A program made the translations under genes and the position numbers. A stretch of 59,176 bases of DNA, the filler included. It is 7 parts of 7 records of this genome, joined end to end, with 100 filler letters (N's around TTAATTAATTAA, not from the genome) between each part and the next. Parts side by side here need not be neighbours in the genome. Positions count along the whole stretch, not along the records: positions 20,006 to 26,798 come from SRR31156797_11311; positions 26,899 to 33,440 come from SRR31156797_11312; 5 more parts are not named here. One strand, 5' to 3'. The notes beneath the pieces were generated by a model, which saw nothing but the letters and a program-made list of their open reading frames with translations, had not been told where the DNA came from and made no database searches. Positions 20,361 through 29,620 of this stretch are shown piece after piece; the stretch's first letter is position 1, and every line of letters begins with the position of its first letter.

Positions 20361-20379
20361 TAGAAGCACGGAGGATATC

Positions 20380-21729
20380 ATGTTTAACCGAGCAGTCGCT
20401 CCCCCGGACCTGGTCCGGACGCACATGGGGCCGGAACTTCCGAACATACGCGCCGCGGATCTTGAAAATATTGTTTCTCTGCCGGTCAGGGATCTTTTTG
20501 AGGATATCGCCCCGGAGATTTATTTGCCGGGCGACGATCCGGGCGTGATCAGGTGGACGACCGAAGAGGCCTTGGCTGGTGTGGACATGAACATGATCAA
20601 GCCCGGCGACAGGGTCAATCTTCTTTGTTCCGAACATGGTTTCGCCCTAATGGGCGGAGAGCCTTATGGAGAAATGGTCAAAACCATCAAGGACGTTGTC
20701 GCGGAGAAAACCGGTTGTGAAAATATCCGGCTCACGTTCTGCGTCGGCGACGTGCCGGGTGAAGCCAGACAAATGATTCCGCAATACGGGCTCGATCGGC
20801 AATTCGACCGTATTGCGGCCACATGGCCCTTTGACAAAGGCGTGGCCATCGAAACCGAAATCGGAACTCTCTATGGCCTGAAAAAAGTCTATGACGCTGA
20901 CTGGATCATACACACCTGTTATACAGACCCTCGGGAGGTCTGGTTCCACCGGGGGATAAACAGGATTCTGAAGACATTCACCATGGCCTATGCGCGCTTT
21001 GAAACGCGGTCGGCCTATCATATGAATTTTTCCAGCCGCAGCAGCAATATCATTCCCAGGGCCATCTTCGATTCTCCCTTTGTTCAGGAACGGTTCGCCT
21101 TTGTCTGCACCCTGGGAACGTCGCCGGCCGGCGTAACCGGCGTCTTTGCCGACAACGATCTCTACAACGTTAACCGGATCATCAGTAGGGACACCTTGAC
21201 TTCCTACGGTAAAATGACCCGTCTTTTCGCGGAAATAGATGAATGCGCGGCCGTGCTCGACGGTATGCGCTGGCCCTGGTACATTCATGGCGGCGGCCTG
21301 GTTTCCGGTACTTTGTTCAAAGCGCCCCACGATTATTACAATCTGGATTTTTCGGGCCGTAAACCGGAAGAGCCCCATTTTAATCAGGCAGTCAAAGCCC
21401 TGGTGGTCAACTATGCCTGGCGCAACGCCTTTCTGGGCCTGATACGCTCTTATCCCACGTATGCGGCCGGGAAACGGCTCGCGGAGGGACTGCCTAAATC
21501 AATTATGAAATATGGAATAGTTGCGGAAGATCTGGAGTCCGCGCTTAACGCGGCCTGTCAGGCGTCCAATACCGACAAGGTCATTGTTTTTGACGGCAGC
21601 TACGGGAGTATAAACCTGAGCCCTTCCATGGGGGAGTTTTTATTGGAAAAGGCGCCCGAGGTTAGCCGAAAAGTCGATGAAGACCTTCTGCCCATGTGGC
21701 TGGCCCAAAGGGGACTGGCCTTGCAGTAA
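20380..21729 (+). CDS. Uncharacterised protein with a LarA N-terminal/DUF362-like domain
   Basis: GGAGG RBS; IKPGDRVNLLCSEHG and YGLKKVYDADWIIH segments resemble the LarA-N/DUF2088/DUF362 fold (from memory). Confidence 0.55.
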   Translation: MFNRAVAPPDLVRTHMGPELPNIRAADLENIVSLPVRDLFEDIAPEIYLPGDDPGVIRWTTEEALAGVDMNMIKPGDRVNLLCSEHGFALMGGEPYGEMVKTIKDVVAEKTGCENIRLTFCVGDVPGEARQMIPQYGLDRQFDRIAATWPFDKGVAIETEIGTLYGLKKVYDADWIIHTCYTDPREVWFHRGINRILKTFTMAYARFETRSAYHMNFSSRSSNIIPRAIFDSPFVQERFAFVCTLGTSPAGVTGVFADNDLYNVNRIISRDTLTSYGKMTRLFAEIDECAAVLDGMRWPWYIHGGGLVSGTLFKAPHDYYNLDFSGRKPEEPHFNQAVKALVVNYAWRNAFLGLIRSYPTYAAGKRLAEGLPKSIMKYGIVAEDLESALNAACQASNTDKVIVFDGSYGSINLSPSMGEFLLEKAPEVSRKVDEDLLPMWLAQRGLALQ

Positions 21730-21777
21730 ATTATATTTAAACCTAAACTACGCCTGTCCAGGCAAAAGGAGTAGAGC

Positions 21778-22602
21778 ATGAGCGGGTACGAACATCTTAT
21801 TTTCGACCGTAAGGACGAGATCACTACCCTGACGCTTAATCGGCCCCGGGTGCATAACGCGTTGGACAAGAAGCTTTCTGATGAGTTGAATCATGCCGTC
21901 CGGCAGGTTCGCGACGATAGAGACTGCCGAATAATGATCCTGCGGGGAGCCGGCGATACCTTCTGCGCCGGAGACGATATCAAGGATTTTATGACCTGGA
22001 GCGTTGACGATCCGTATCGGGGCCATGATCCCTACTGGCAGGTGCGCAAATACCAGGAGACGGTTCAAGTTATCGAAGACCTGGACGCCGTTACCATTGC
22101 GGCTGTGGACGGGGTCTGCACCGGCGGCGGCCTGGAACTCACCCTGGTCTGCGATTTCGTAATCGCCACTCCCGGGTCACGATGGGGCATGCCCGAGATC
22201 GACTGGGGCATTACTCCGGGGTGGGGCGGCACATCTCGCCTGGCGCGGGCCGTAGGTTGGCGCAAAGCCAAGGAATGGAACCTGATCGGAGCGCTCTTCA
22301 CCGGGGAAGCAGCGGAAAAGTACGGCTTGGTCAACCGGCTCTGTGCGCCTGAGGATCTTCAGAAAGAAGTCGACGCGCTGGTAGAGGTGATGCTGGACAA
22401 GAACCGCTGCGCACTAAGGCGGACCAAGTTCATCATGAACAAGGGCATTGACCAGCATATTTCTGCGTCTTTGGCCTTTGAAGTGCCGATATTGCCGTAC
22501 CCAATCGGCGACTACGAAGGCGGCGCAAATATCTCTCATTTCCAGACCAGGGAAGGGCGGCGGGAACGCAGAAGGCTCTCGCGGGACTTCTGGCAGGATT
22601 AA
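21778..22602 (+). CDS. Enoyl-CoA hydratase/isomerase (crotonase)
   Basis: LNRPRVHNAL, FCAGDD, GGGLE and GMPE..WG.TPGWGG; both catalytic Glu present. Confidence 0.92.
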   Translation: MSGYEHLIFDRKDEITTLTLNRPRVHNALDKKLSDELNHAVRQVRDDRDCRIMILRGAGDTFCAGDDIKDFMTWSVDDPYRGHDPYWQVRKYQETVQVIEDLDAVTIAAVDGVCTGGGLELTLVCDFVIATPGSRWGMPEIDWGITPGWGGTSRLARAVGWRKAKEWNLIGALFTGEAAEKYGLVNRLCAPEDLQKEVDALVEVMLDKNRCALRRTKFIMNKGIDQHISASLAFEVPILPYPIGDYEGGANISHFQTREGRRERRRLSRDFWQD

Positions 22603-22616
22603 TAAGGGTTCGTCTC

Positions 22617-23591
22617 ATGAAAGCCATCGTTTGCGACCGAACCGGACCTGACGGATACGCCTGCTTTCGGGATTTCCCTGAACCGGCGCCCGGCCCCGGC
22701 AGGTTGATCATTGAAGCCAGGGCCATGGGCGTCAATTTTCCGGATGTCCTGCAGATTACAGGTGAATATCAGCAACGGCCTGAAACGCCTTTTATTTTGG
22801 GCATGGAATATTCAGGCGTGGTCCAATCCGTGGGCGAAGGAGTGCAAAACTTCAACGTCGGCGACCGCGTGGCAGGAATGACTCAAGGGGCTTTCGCGGA
22901 ACAAATTCTGGGTTTTGAGCCGCTATGTTACCCGCTTCCGGATGAGGTCGACTTCGAAACAGGTGCTTTGTTGCCTCTTGCCGGAGGCGCGGCTCTATAT
23001 GGTCTTACCAGGCGGAGCTCTTTACATTCCGGAGAAACGCTTGTCGTACTGGGTGCGGCAGGCGGAACAGGCTCCTATGCCGTTCAAATCGGCAAGGCTC
23101 GGCAGGCCAGGGTTATCGCTGTCTGCTCCACTGACGAAAAGGGAAACATGGTCCGTCAATTAGGAGCCGATGAGGTTATTAATTCTACAAGCGAAGACAT
23201 AACTGAACGTATAAAGGAATTGACGGAAGGCCGGGGTATCGACGTTCTTTACGATCCGGTTGGGGGTGAGGTTTTCCATAAGGCCGTACGCTGCATGAAC
23301 TGGAATGGACGCGTAATAGTCATAGGGTTTGCATCCGGTACGATCCCCAGCCTGGAAATAAACTGGCCTCTGATCAAGGGATACTCGCTCATCGGCGTGC
23401 ACTGGGCGGCCGCCATTTTAAAGGAAGTCGAGCTTGTACAGTCCGTGGTTGCCGAACTGTTTTCGCTTTACGCGGCGGGCAAAATCAAGACGATGATCCA
23501 CAGCCGGCACTCATTGGAAGACGGCCTGACAGCGCTGGCCCATATGCGCGAACGAAAAGTAGCCGGTAAATTGCTTTTGTCTCCGGATTAA
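22617..23591 (+). CDS. NADPH:quinone oxidoreductase family (zeta-crystallin MDR)
   Basis: GVNFPD, GMEYSG, LGAAGGTG, YDPVGG, IGFASG. Confidence 0.92.
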   Translation: MKAIVCDRTGPDGYACFRDFPEPAPGPGRLIIEARAMGVNFPDVLQITGEYQQRPETPFILGMEYSGVVQSVGEGVQNFNVGDRVAGMTQGAFAEQILGFEPLCYPLPDEVDFETGALLPLAGGAALYGLTRRSSLHSGETLVVLGAAGGTGSYAVQIGKARQARVIAVCSTDEKGNMVRQLGADEVINSTSEDITERIKELTEGRGIDVLYDPVGGEVFHKAVRCMNWNGRVIVIGFASGTIPSLEINWPLIKGYSLIGVHWAAAILKEVELVQSVVAELFSLYAAGKIKTMIHSRHSLEDGLTALAHMRERKVAGKLLLSPD

Positions 23592-23620
23592 TCGAGGATG
23601 AGAATAAAAGTCTGGGAAGG

Positions 23621-24706
23621 ATGAATAAAATGAAAGAGATGGAACTTATCGATCGGGCCGCGCCGGTCAGAAATGGCGAAGAACTGAACGCCGTCCTTTT
23701 GGAGTCCTTCCTGAGGGATTCCATCCCCGGCCTGAACGGGGAAATGTCCGTTAGTCAATTCCCCAGCGGGCATTCTAACCTGACCTACATGGTTGCTTTT
23801 GGAAATCGCAAGATGGTGCTGCGGCGGCCTCCCTTTGGTTACAAGGCCAAGTCGGCCCATGATATGAGCCGTGAGTACAAGGTCCTGAAGGCCTTGCACG
23901 GCGTCTTTCCCTACGCCCCCGAGCCGCTGGCCTATACTGACGATCCATCGATTCTCGGGGATCAATTTTATGTCATGGAACGGTTGGACGGAATCATTCT
24001 CCGCCGCGATCCGCCCCCGGGTCTGAAATACACGCCCGAGCAGGCCGGCCGACTGGGTATGAACTTCCTGGAGGTGCTGTTGGAATTCCAGGCCCTTGAC
24101 TATCAAGCAGTGGGCCTGGGCGACCTGGGGCGGCCTGAAGGATATGTTGCCCGCCAGGTCTCGGGGACCAACAAGCGTTTTCGAGCCGCTCGAACCCCGG
24201 ACGCGCCGGATTGCGAAGAATATATGGCCTGGCTAGAAGAGAAGCAGCCCCCGGACACGGACAGCCCGGCCCTGATTCACAATGACCTCAAGTTTGACAA
24301 TATGGTGCTTGACCCTAACGACCCGACAAGAATTATAGGCATCCTGGACTGGGAGTTGACAACAGTGGGCGACCCCCTGATGGATTTCGGGATAGCCTTG
24401 TCCTATTGGGTTCAAAAGGACGATCCTCCAGAATTGGATCTGATGAGGATGGGGCCTACCAATATCGATGGAATGCCGACCCGGGAAAAGATGCTCCGGC
24501 TCTATGAAGAGAAGTCGGGACATTCGATGAAGTATTATGACTTTTATTTCCTCTTCGGTCTGTTTCGTGGACTGGTTGTGATCCAGCAGATGTATTACAG
24601 GTATTACCAGGGCCAGACCAGGGACGAACGGTTTAAACATATAGCCCTGGCCGTCCCCATGCTAAATGACATCGCCCTTAGGGTAATTGAAAGGTCCGAT
24701 CTGTAA
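23621..24706 (+). CDS. APH-family phosphotransferase (LvaA/ACAD10-11 kinase-like)
   Basis: QFPSGHSNLTY, LRRPP...SAHDM.REY, FYVME, HNDLKFDN, LDWEL...GDP..D. Confidence 0.9.
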   Translation: MNKMKEMELIDRAAPVRNGEELNAVLLESFLRDSIPGLNGEMSVSQFPSGHSNLTYMVAFGNRKMVLRRPPFGYKAKSAHDMSREYKVLKALHGVFPYAPEPLAYTDDPSILGDQFYVMERLDGIILRRDPPPGLKYTPEQAGRLGMNFLEVLLEFQALDYQAVGLGDLGRPEGYVARQVSGTNKRFRAARTPDAPDCEEYMAWLEEKQPPDTDSPALIHNDLKFDNMVLDPNDPTRIIGILDWELTTVGDPLMDFGIALSYWVQKDDPPELDLMRMGPTNIDGMPTREKMLRLYEEKSGHSMKYYDFYFLFGLFRGLVVIQQMYYRYYQGQTRDERFKHIALAVPMLNDIALRVIERSDL

Positions 24707-24752
24707 CAACCCAAGCCGTTTGATTGGCCATGTATTAATGGAGGATTGCATA

Positions 24753-25505
24753 ATGAACGATTTATTTGATTTAACCGGGAAAACGGCGCTCGTAACCGGA
24801 GGCAGCCGGGGACTGGGCAAGGAAATGGTAAAGGCGTTCGCCCAGGCCGGCGCGGATGTTATAATTGCCAGCCGCAAAATTGATAACTGCGAAGCCCTGG
24901 CCGCGGAAGTAGAGTCGCAGACGAGCCGAAAAGCCATACCGTTCGCCTGCAACGCGAGTGACTGGGAACAAGTGGGCGCCTTGGCCGATGCGGCGTACGA
25001 ACGCTTCGGCAAGGTGGACATTCTGGTAAACAACGCAGGTATGTCGCCCATTTATCCGAGTCTGCCTGAAGTCAGCGAGGCGCTCTATGATAAGGTTCTT
25101 GGCGTGAATCTCAAGGGTCCTTTCCGTCTGACTTCCCTGGTGGGAACAAAAATGGCCGAAGGCGAGGGCGGATCGATCATCAATATCAGCAGCGTAGGTT
25201 CCATAAGGCCGACTCCAGGCATTGTCCCGTACGCCGCGGCCAAGGCCGGCCTGAATGCCATGACCGTGGGCTTTGCCCATGCTTTCGGGCCCAAGGTGCG
25301 TGTAAACTGCATCATGTGCGGGACTTTTTTAACGGATATTAGCAAGGCCTGGGACCTGGACATATTCAATCAGGTTGCTCAAGCCTTCGCCCTCAAACGG
25401 GGCGGCGAGCCGAATGAAATCGTGGGTGCGGCCTTGTATTTTGCCGGCCCTGCTTCCAGCTACTGTACCGGCGCAATTCTCCGGCTTGACGGCGGCGCTC
25501 CTTAA
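24753..25505 (+). CDS. Short-chain dehydrogenase/reductase
   Basis: TGGSRGLG, NNAG, YAAAK; GGAGG RBS supports ATG at 24753. Confidence 0.93.
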   Translation: MNDLFDLTGKTALVTGGSRGLGKEMVKAFAQAGADVIIASRKIDNCEALAAEVESQTSRKAIPFACNASDWEQVGALADAAYERFGKVDILVNNAGMSPIYPSLPEVSEALYDKVLGVNLKGPFRLTSLVGTKMAEGEGGSIINISSVGSIRPTPGIVPYAAAKAGLNAMTVGFAHAFGPKVRVNCIMCGTFLTDISKAWDLDIFNQVAQAFALKRGGEPNEIVGAALYFAGPASSYCTGAILRLDGGAP

Positions 25506-25548
25506 AAACTATAGTTAGACTGAATTATCCCGTGTTGGTTTAGGTGAA

Positions 25549-26346
25549 ATGATAGATATACGAGACGAAATTTTCCGCTGCAAAGTCGGCCGGCAATATT
25601 CCGCGGCGATTCTGGCGGACGACCATGGAATTCTGGCCGAGACCAAAGCCGCGGCCGAAGCGGCCTTGGAATTGGGACTGTCATTTAATGAATTCCCGAA
25701 TGACGGAACCGAGGTCCATCCGGGTAGTGAGATCGTTCGGATTAACGGCGGGCCCAAACAGATCGCCATGGCTGAAGACCGCCTGATCGGAACCATGGCC
25801 AAGCCCTCGGGCATCGCCACGTCGGCTAAACGATTCGTGGAGAGGGTAGGACCCCGGCCCAGGATCGTGTCCGGCGCCTGGAAAAAGATGCCGTTATCTC
25901 AAAAGGAGGCTATTCGGCGGGCCATTGTTGTAGGCGGGGCCGGCGGCCGAATCTGCGATGAACCGTTTCTGTACCTGGATAAAAATTACGTCAAAATACT
26001 GGGAGGCGTAGCCGCCTGCCTGGATGCCGTGGCCGGTATTAACGGACATGTGCCTGTGATCCAGTTAAAAGGCGATGAGAATATCGGTGAAGAAGCCTGC
26101 CTGGCGGCCCGGCATGGGGCCGGCATTATATTTATCGACACCGGCTGGCCGGGCGACCTGGATCTGGTCAGCCGGGCCTTGAATCAGGCCGGCCTGAGGA
26201 GTGGAGTTGAAGTTGCTTTCGGCGGCGGAGTCCGGCTCGACGATATAACGCTTCTCAAGACAATGGATGTGGACATATTGGACATAGGGCGACCCATTGT
26301 CGATGCACCGCTGTTGGACATGCGCATGGAAATATTGGAGGCCTGA
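25549..26346 (+). CDS. Divergent NadC/ModD-like type II phosphoribosyltransferase
   Basis: Collinear with QPRTase (GILA, DG..V.PG..I, AED..IG....SGIAT, AIVVGG, FGGGV, DILDIG) but RKT is replaced by AWKK and KDNH by DKNY. Confidence 0.78.
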   Translation: MIDIRDEIFRCKVGRQYSAAILADDHGILAETKAAAEAALELGLSFNEFPNDGTEVHPGSEIVRINGGPKQIAMAEDRLIGTMAKPSGIATSAKRFVERVGPRPRIVSGAWKKMPLSQKEAIRRAIVVGGAGGRICDEPFLYLDKNYVKILGGVAACLDAVAGINGHVPVIQLKGDENIGEEACLAARHGAGIIFIDTGWPGDLDLVSRALNQAGLRSGVEVAFGGGVRLDDITLLKTMDVDILDIGRPIVDAPLLDMRMEILEA

Positions 26347-26349
26347 TAA

Positions 26350-26798
26350 ATGGACGATTTTAACCTGCTTCAGAAAACGGAACTACGCATCGAAGGCATC
26401 GATCTTGACGGAGCGAATCTGAATGAAGTGGCCGAGATTACGGCGGACGTGATCGGTTTGGCCCGAGATGACGTCCTGGTGACGGATGCTCTGAATCGGG
26501 TGCTGACCATAGATATCCTGCGAAAAACCGTGGACGCCCGCCGCTTGATCGGCAAAAAGGACGAATTGTTGCAAAGGCTGGCCGTGCTGCCCGGCGTAGG
26601 CGTCCACCCTGAAACTTCAGTCTGCTCGGAAGGAATGCTGGGTTGGATCGCCATGGACGGCGAGGAGGCGATAGGCGCTCTGGAAAGGGCCCGTACGATG
26701 GCGGTTGAGATCCAGGCCAACATCGCCCGACGGGCCATGGTCTTTTCCACGGGTTTTGAAGTAGTGCACGGACAGATCGAGGACACCAACCAGCCGAC
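26350..26798 (+). CDS. MoeA/CinA-like (molybdopterin-binding fold) protein with an unassigned N-terminal domain, truncated
   Basis: VFSTGFEVVHGQIEDTN matches the STG.E...G.I.DTN motif, after ~125 unassigned residues. Confidence 0.72.
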
Positions 26799-26898
26799 NN
26801 NNNNNNNNNNNNNNNNNNNNNNNNNNNNNNNNNNNNNNNNNNTTAATTAATTAANNNNNNNNNNNNNNNNNNNNNNNNNNNNNNNNNNNNNNNNNNNN
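26799..26898. other. Artificial contig spacer
   Basis: N run with linker. Confidence 0.98.
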
Positions 26899-27577
26899 AT
26901 TTTTTCTTTGGAAAAGTAATACCATAAAGTCGAGTCAATTGCTTGCGTTTCTCATCACCACGCCAGTAAGCACCTGCAACGCTGGTTATTTTTATTGCTT
27001 TAATAGGTGAAGTATCGGGCAGGTGAGGTCCGCGGCATAGATCGGTAAAATCACCTTGTTTGTAAAAAGTAATTGTACCATCTTCAAGGTCGTTGATTAA
27101 TTCAACTTTGTATTCGTCACCCTTTTCTGAGTAAAATTTCAGAGCTTCATCTTTAGATACCTCAGATCTGTTATATGCTTCTTTTTGACGAGCCAATTCC
27201 AGCATTTTATCTTCAATTTTCTTGAAGTCAGCATCAGTAATGGTTTTGTCGCCAAGATCGATATCGTAATAAAAACCCTGCTCAATAGCTGGCCCAATAC
27301 CGAATTTAACACCCGGGTATAATTTTTCAACTGCTTCAGCCAAAAGGTGAGCTGATGAATGCCAAAATGCATGCTTGCCTTCTTCATCTTCCCATTTATG
27401 AAGCTTAATTGATGCATTTTCGTTAATAGGTCGAGTTAAATCCCAAAGTTGATCATTTACAGTAATGCTTAATACCTCTTTTGCCAATCTTGGGCTTATA
27501 TCACTTGCTATTTCATAACCTGTTACTCCCGGATTATACTCTTTTTTACTATTATCTGGTAAAGTAATTTGAATCAT
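26899..27577 (-). CDS. thrS: Threonyl-tRNA synthetase, N-terminal part
   Basis: TGS domain, [35 protein letters not shown]. Confidence 0.97.
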
Positions 27578-27581
27578 ACAT

Positions 27582-27869
27582 TTATTTTTTGTTGAGTTTG
27601 CTTACTTCATCAATGATTTCTAATACAATCTCTTGCAATTCTTTTTGGATGTTTTTAAAATAAACTGCAGCTTTCTCTTCTTTACTTTTTCTTCTATAAT
27701 CATTGATTTTTTGAAGTAATTCCTCTTTTTTTACTAAAAGTTTTGTTACTAGTTCGCTAAGTTTTTTTTCGTGTTTACCATCATGTATCATATCCGTGAC
27801 TAAACACTCTATAACTAATTCCGTCGTGACGTAATGAATGTCCTTTTTTAATTCTCTAATCGTTGCCAT
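27582..27869 (-). CDS. Small helical hypothetical protein (Bacteroidota-like)
   Basis: 95 aa ORF packed with 4-5 nt gaps between its neighbours. Confidence 0.75.
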   Translation of the reverse strand: MATIRELKKDIHYVTTELVIECLVTDMIHDGKHEKKLSELVTKLLVKKEELLQKINDYRRKSKEEKAAVYFKNIQKELQEIVLEIIDEVSKLNKK

Positions 27870-27874
27870 AATTA

Positions 27875-28921
27875 TTAATTTTCGTCGTTAAAATAGAGCT
27901 TATAATAATTCATCCTACGCATTTCATCGTAACCTTTTTCCATATTATCCGGGTTGCCATGTACATAAAGATGAAAGTTCTTATCCAGCTTAATTACCGG
28001 TCTAAAGTACTTATTTTGCTTTTTGATAGCCGGTTTTGATATTCCAAATGTATCGTTAGTTTGGGTCTCGTATTGTTCTTCAAATTCGTTTTTAAAATCT
28101 TTAAATGCATCAATAATATCCGGTTCATTTATCACACTTTGTTGAAAATCATCTTCTTCAAACTTATCATGATTTTCAAAATACTCTTTTGATCGTTTCA
28201 AAAAATTGATCTGATCCGGAGTTGCAAAGTTATTATCTTCTGTCAAAACACCATCACTAAATGCCTTACATAAATCAATATAGTTTTTAGTATCATAAAA
28301 ATCATCTTCTCTAAAAGCCACTTGTAAGAACTCATTTGTCCAGTACAAGGCTTCTTGCCCTGTATTTGTTTTATCAACGATGCTTATTTTAAAGCCATCA
28401 TCTTTTTCAGTATTAAAAATTAAGCAGCCTTTGTCTAGTTTCTTTATATTGATACCACTTTGCATATCAACGTTATAGTGGTTGTTTTGTTGCACTATTT
28501 TTAAGAACGTATCCTTGTTTTCACTCTTAAAGATGCCAATTGCATTTGTAATTTCATCATCAACAACTAAACCATTTAAGTGTACCACATATAATTCTCC
28601 TTTTTTGATGTTAGGATGAGAAGAAACCATATGCAAATGCTTAGCAATGTTTTTTGAAACCTCTGCAAATGATTCTTCACCATCAAAAATTTTTGATATA
28701 TGTTGATACATTTGGTGAAAATCTAACCCATTTGTATGATTAAAATGGTAATATGCATCAGGTTTGAAAGGACGTAAAAAGAAGTCAATTAAAACCTGTT
28801 CAATATCTTCATCTAGCTGGGGTAGAGGAGATTCACTCAAATTAAGTGATTCTTCTTCCTGATTGGTTCCAACCTTATGAATTATTATGTCAGCTAATGA
28901 TGCTTCGCTAAAATCGAACAT
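27875..28921 (-). CDS. Nucleoid-associated protein (YejK/NdpA, NA37-like)
   Basis: IIIHKVG, HPNIKKGELYV, GIFKSE, KLDKGCLI, YW...FL. Confidence 0.82.
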   Translation of the reverse strand: MFDFSEASLADIIIHKVGTNQEEESLNLSESPLPQLDEDIEQVLIDFFLRPFKPDAYYHFNHTNGLDFHQMYQHISKIFDGEESFAEVSKNIAKHLHMVSSHPNIKKGELYVVHLNGLVVDDEITNAIGIFKSENKDTFLKIVQQNNHYNVDMQSGINIKKLDKGCLIFNTEKDDGFKISIVDKTNTGQEALYWTNEFLQVAFREDDFYDTKNYIDLCKAFSDGVLTEDNNFATPDQINFLKRSKEYFENHDKFEEDDFQQSVINEPDIIDAFKDFKNEFEEQYETQTNDTFGISKPAIKKQNKYFRPVIKLDKNFHLYVHGNPDNMEKGYDEMRRMNYYKLYFNDEN

Positions 28922-29425
28922 AGAAAAAATTTTCGCTAATTTATAAAAGAATTTCGAGGCAACCTTATTATTAATAGCCCCATTAACTTTTATTATTTAC
29001 TTTACTTTCGATTTTATATCCCAATTAACTTTTCATTGATTAAATAGATATTTTAACGTGGTGTTATTGTGTTGATAATCAATAGTATGAATTTTGTATG
29101 TAAGCTTTTATGGTTATTAATAATGAACTAAGAATAATTTCAGGTAAAATTACCCTATACGGATTTAGAAATTCAATATAATTTTGATAATGAAAGAATA
29201 AGAAAAAAGTACTTGTTCAAAAATATTCCCACCTGATACCTTTTGCGACCCTGATTTTAAACAACCTTGTTCCTCTCCGGTCCAAGGTTTGTTGCTTTTG
29301 TAAGGAGTTGGTATATAGATATTTACTAGGTGTTGATAACTTTATATAATTTTAACTTTTTCTTAAGTAATACTGCGGTAATTTTTCCGTTTTTTTGTCA
29401 CAATTAGACCTAAAAACACCCAACC

Positions 29426-29617
29426 ATGAAAATGATAGATCATCAAAAAACAATACTTCGTAATATTTACCACAATAGAAACCTTTTTTTAAAAGAACTG
29501 CAAAAATCAGTTCAATGGCTTACTCCCAATGAATTAAAAGAATTGATTAATTGGATCAATCAAGAATTAGGGGATAATTATTATCGAGATGCGCAATTAA
29601 TATTGCAATCGGCATAA
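29426..29617 (+). CDS. Small conserved-looking Bacteroidota protein
   Basis: K.IL.......LF.KEL.KS..WL...E...L..W pattern recalled from small Bacteroidota proteins. Confidence 0.65.
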   Translation: MKMIDHQKTILRNIYHNRNLFLKELQKSVQWLTPNELKELINWINQELGDNYYRDAQLILQSA

Positions 29618-29620
29618 GAT

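Noticed and set aside
20358-20363. TGA stops as selenocysteine or recoding sites (also 26344-26349)
   Set aside because: Each TGA is followed at once by a second stop (TAG or TAA).
25549-26346. Assigning the symbol nadC
   Set aside because: Key quinolinate-binding motifs are replaced and no nadA/nadB is adjacent.
19958-26789. Many minus-strand ORFs in the GC-rich contig (e.g. 20647-21378, 23588-24106, 24771-25280)
   Set aside because: They fully overlap well-supported plus-strand genes, as expected in GC-rich DNA.
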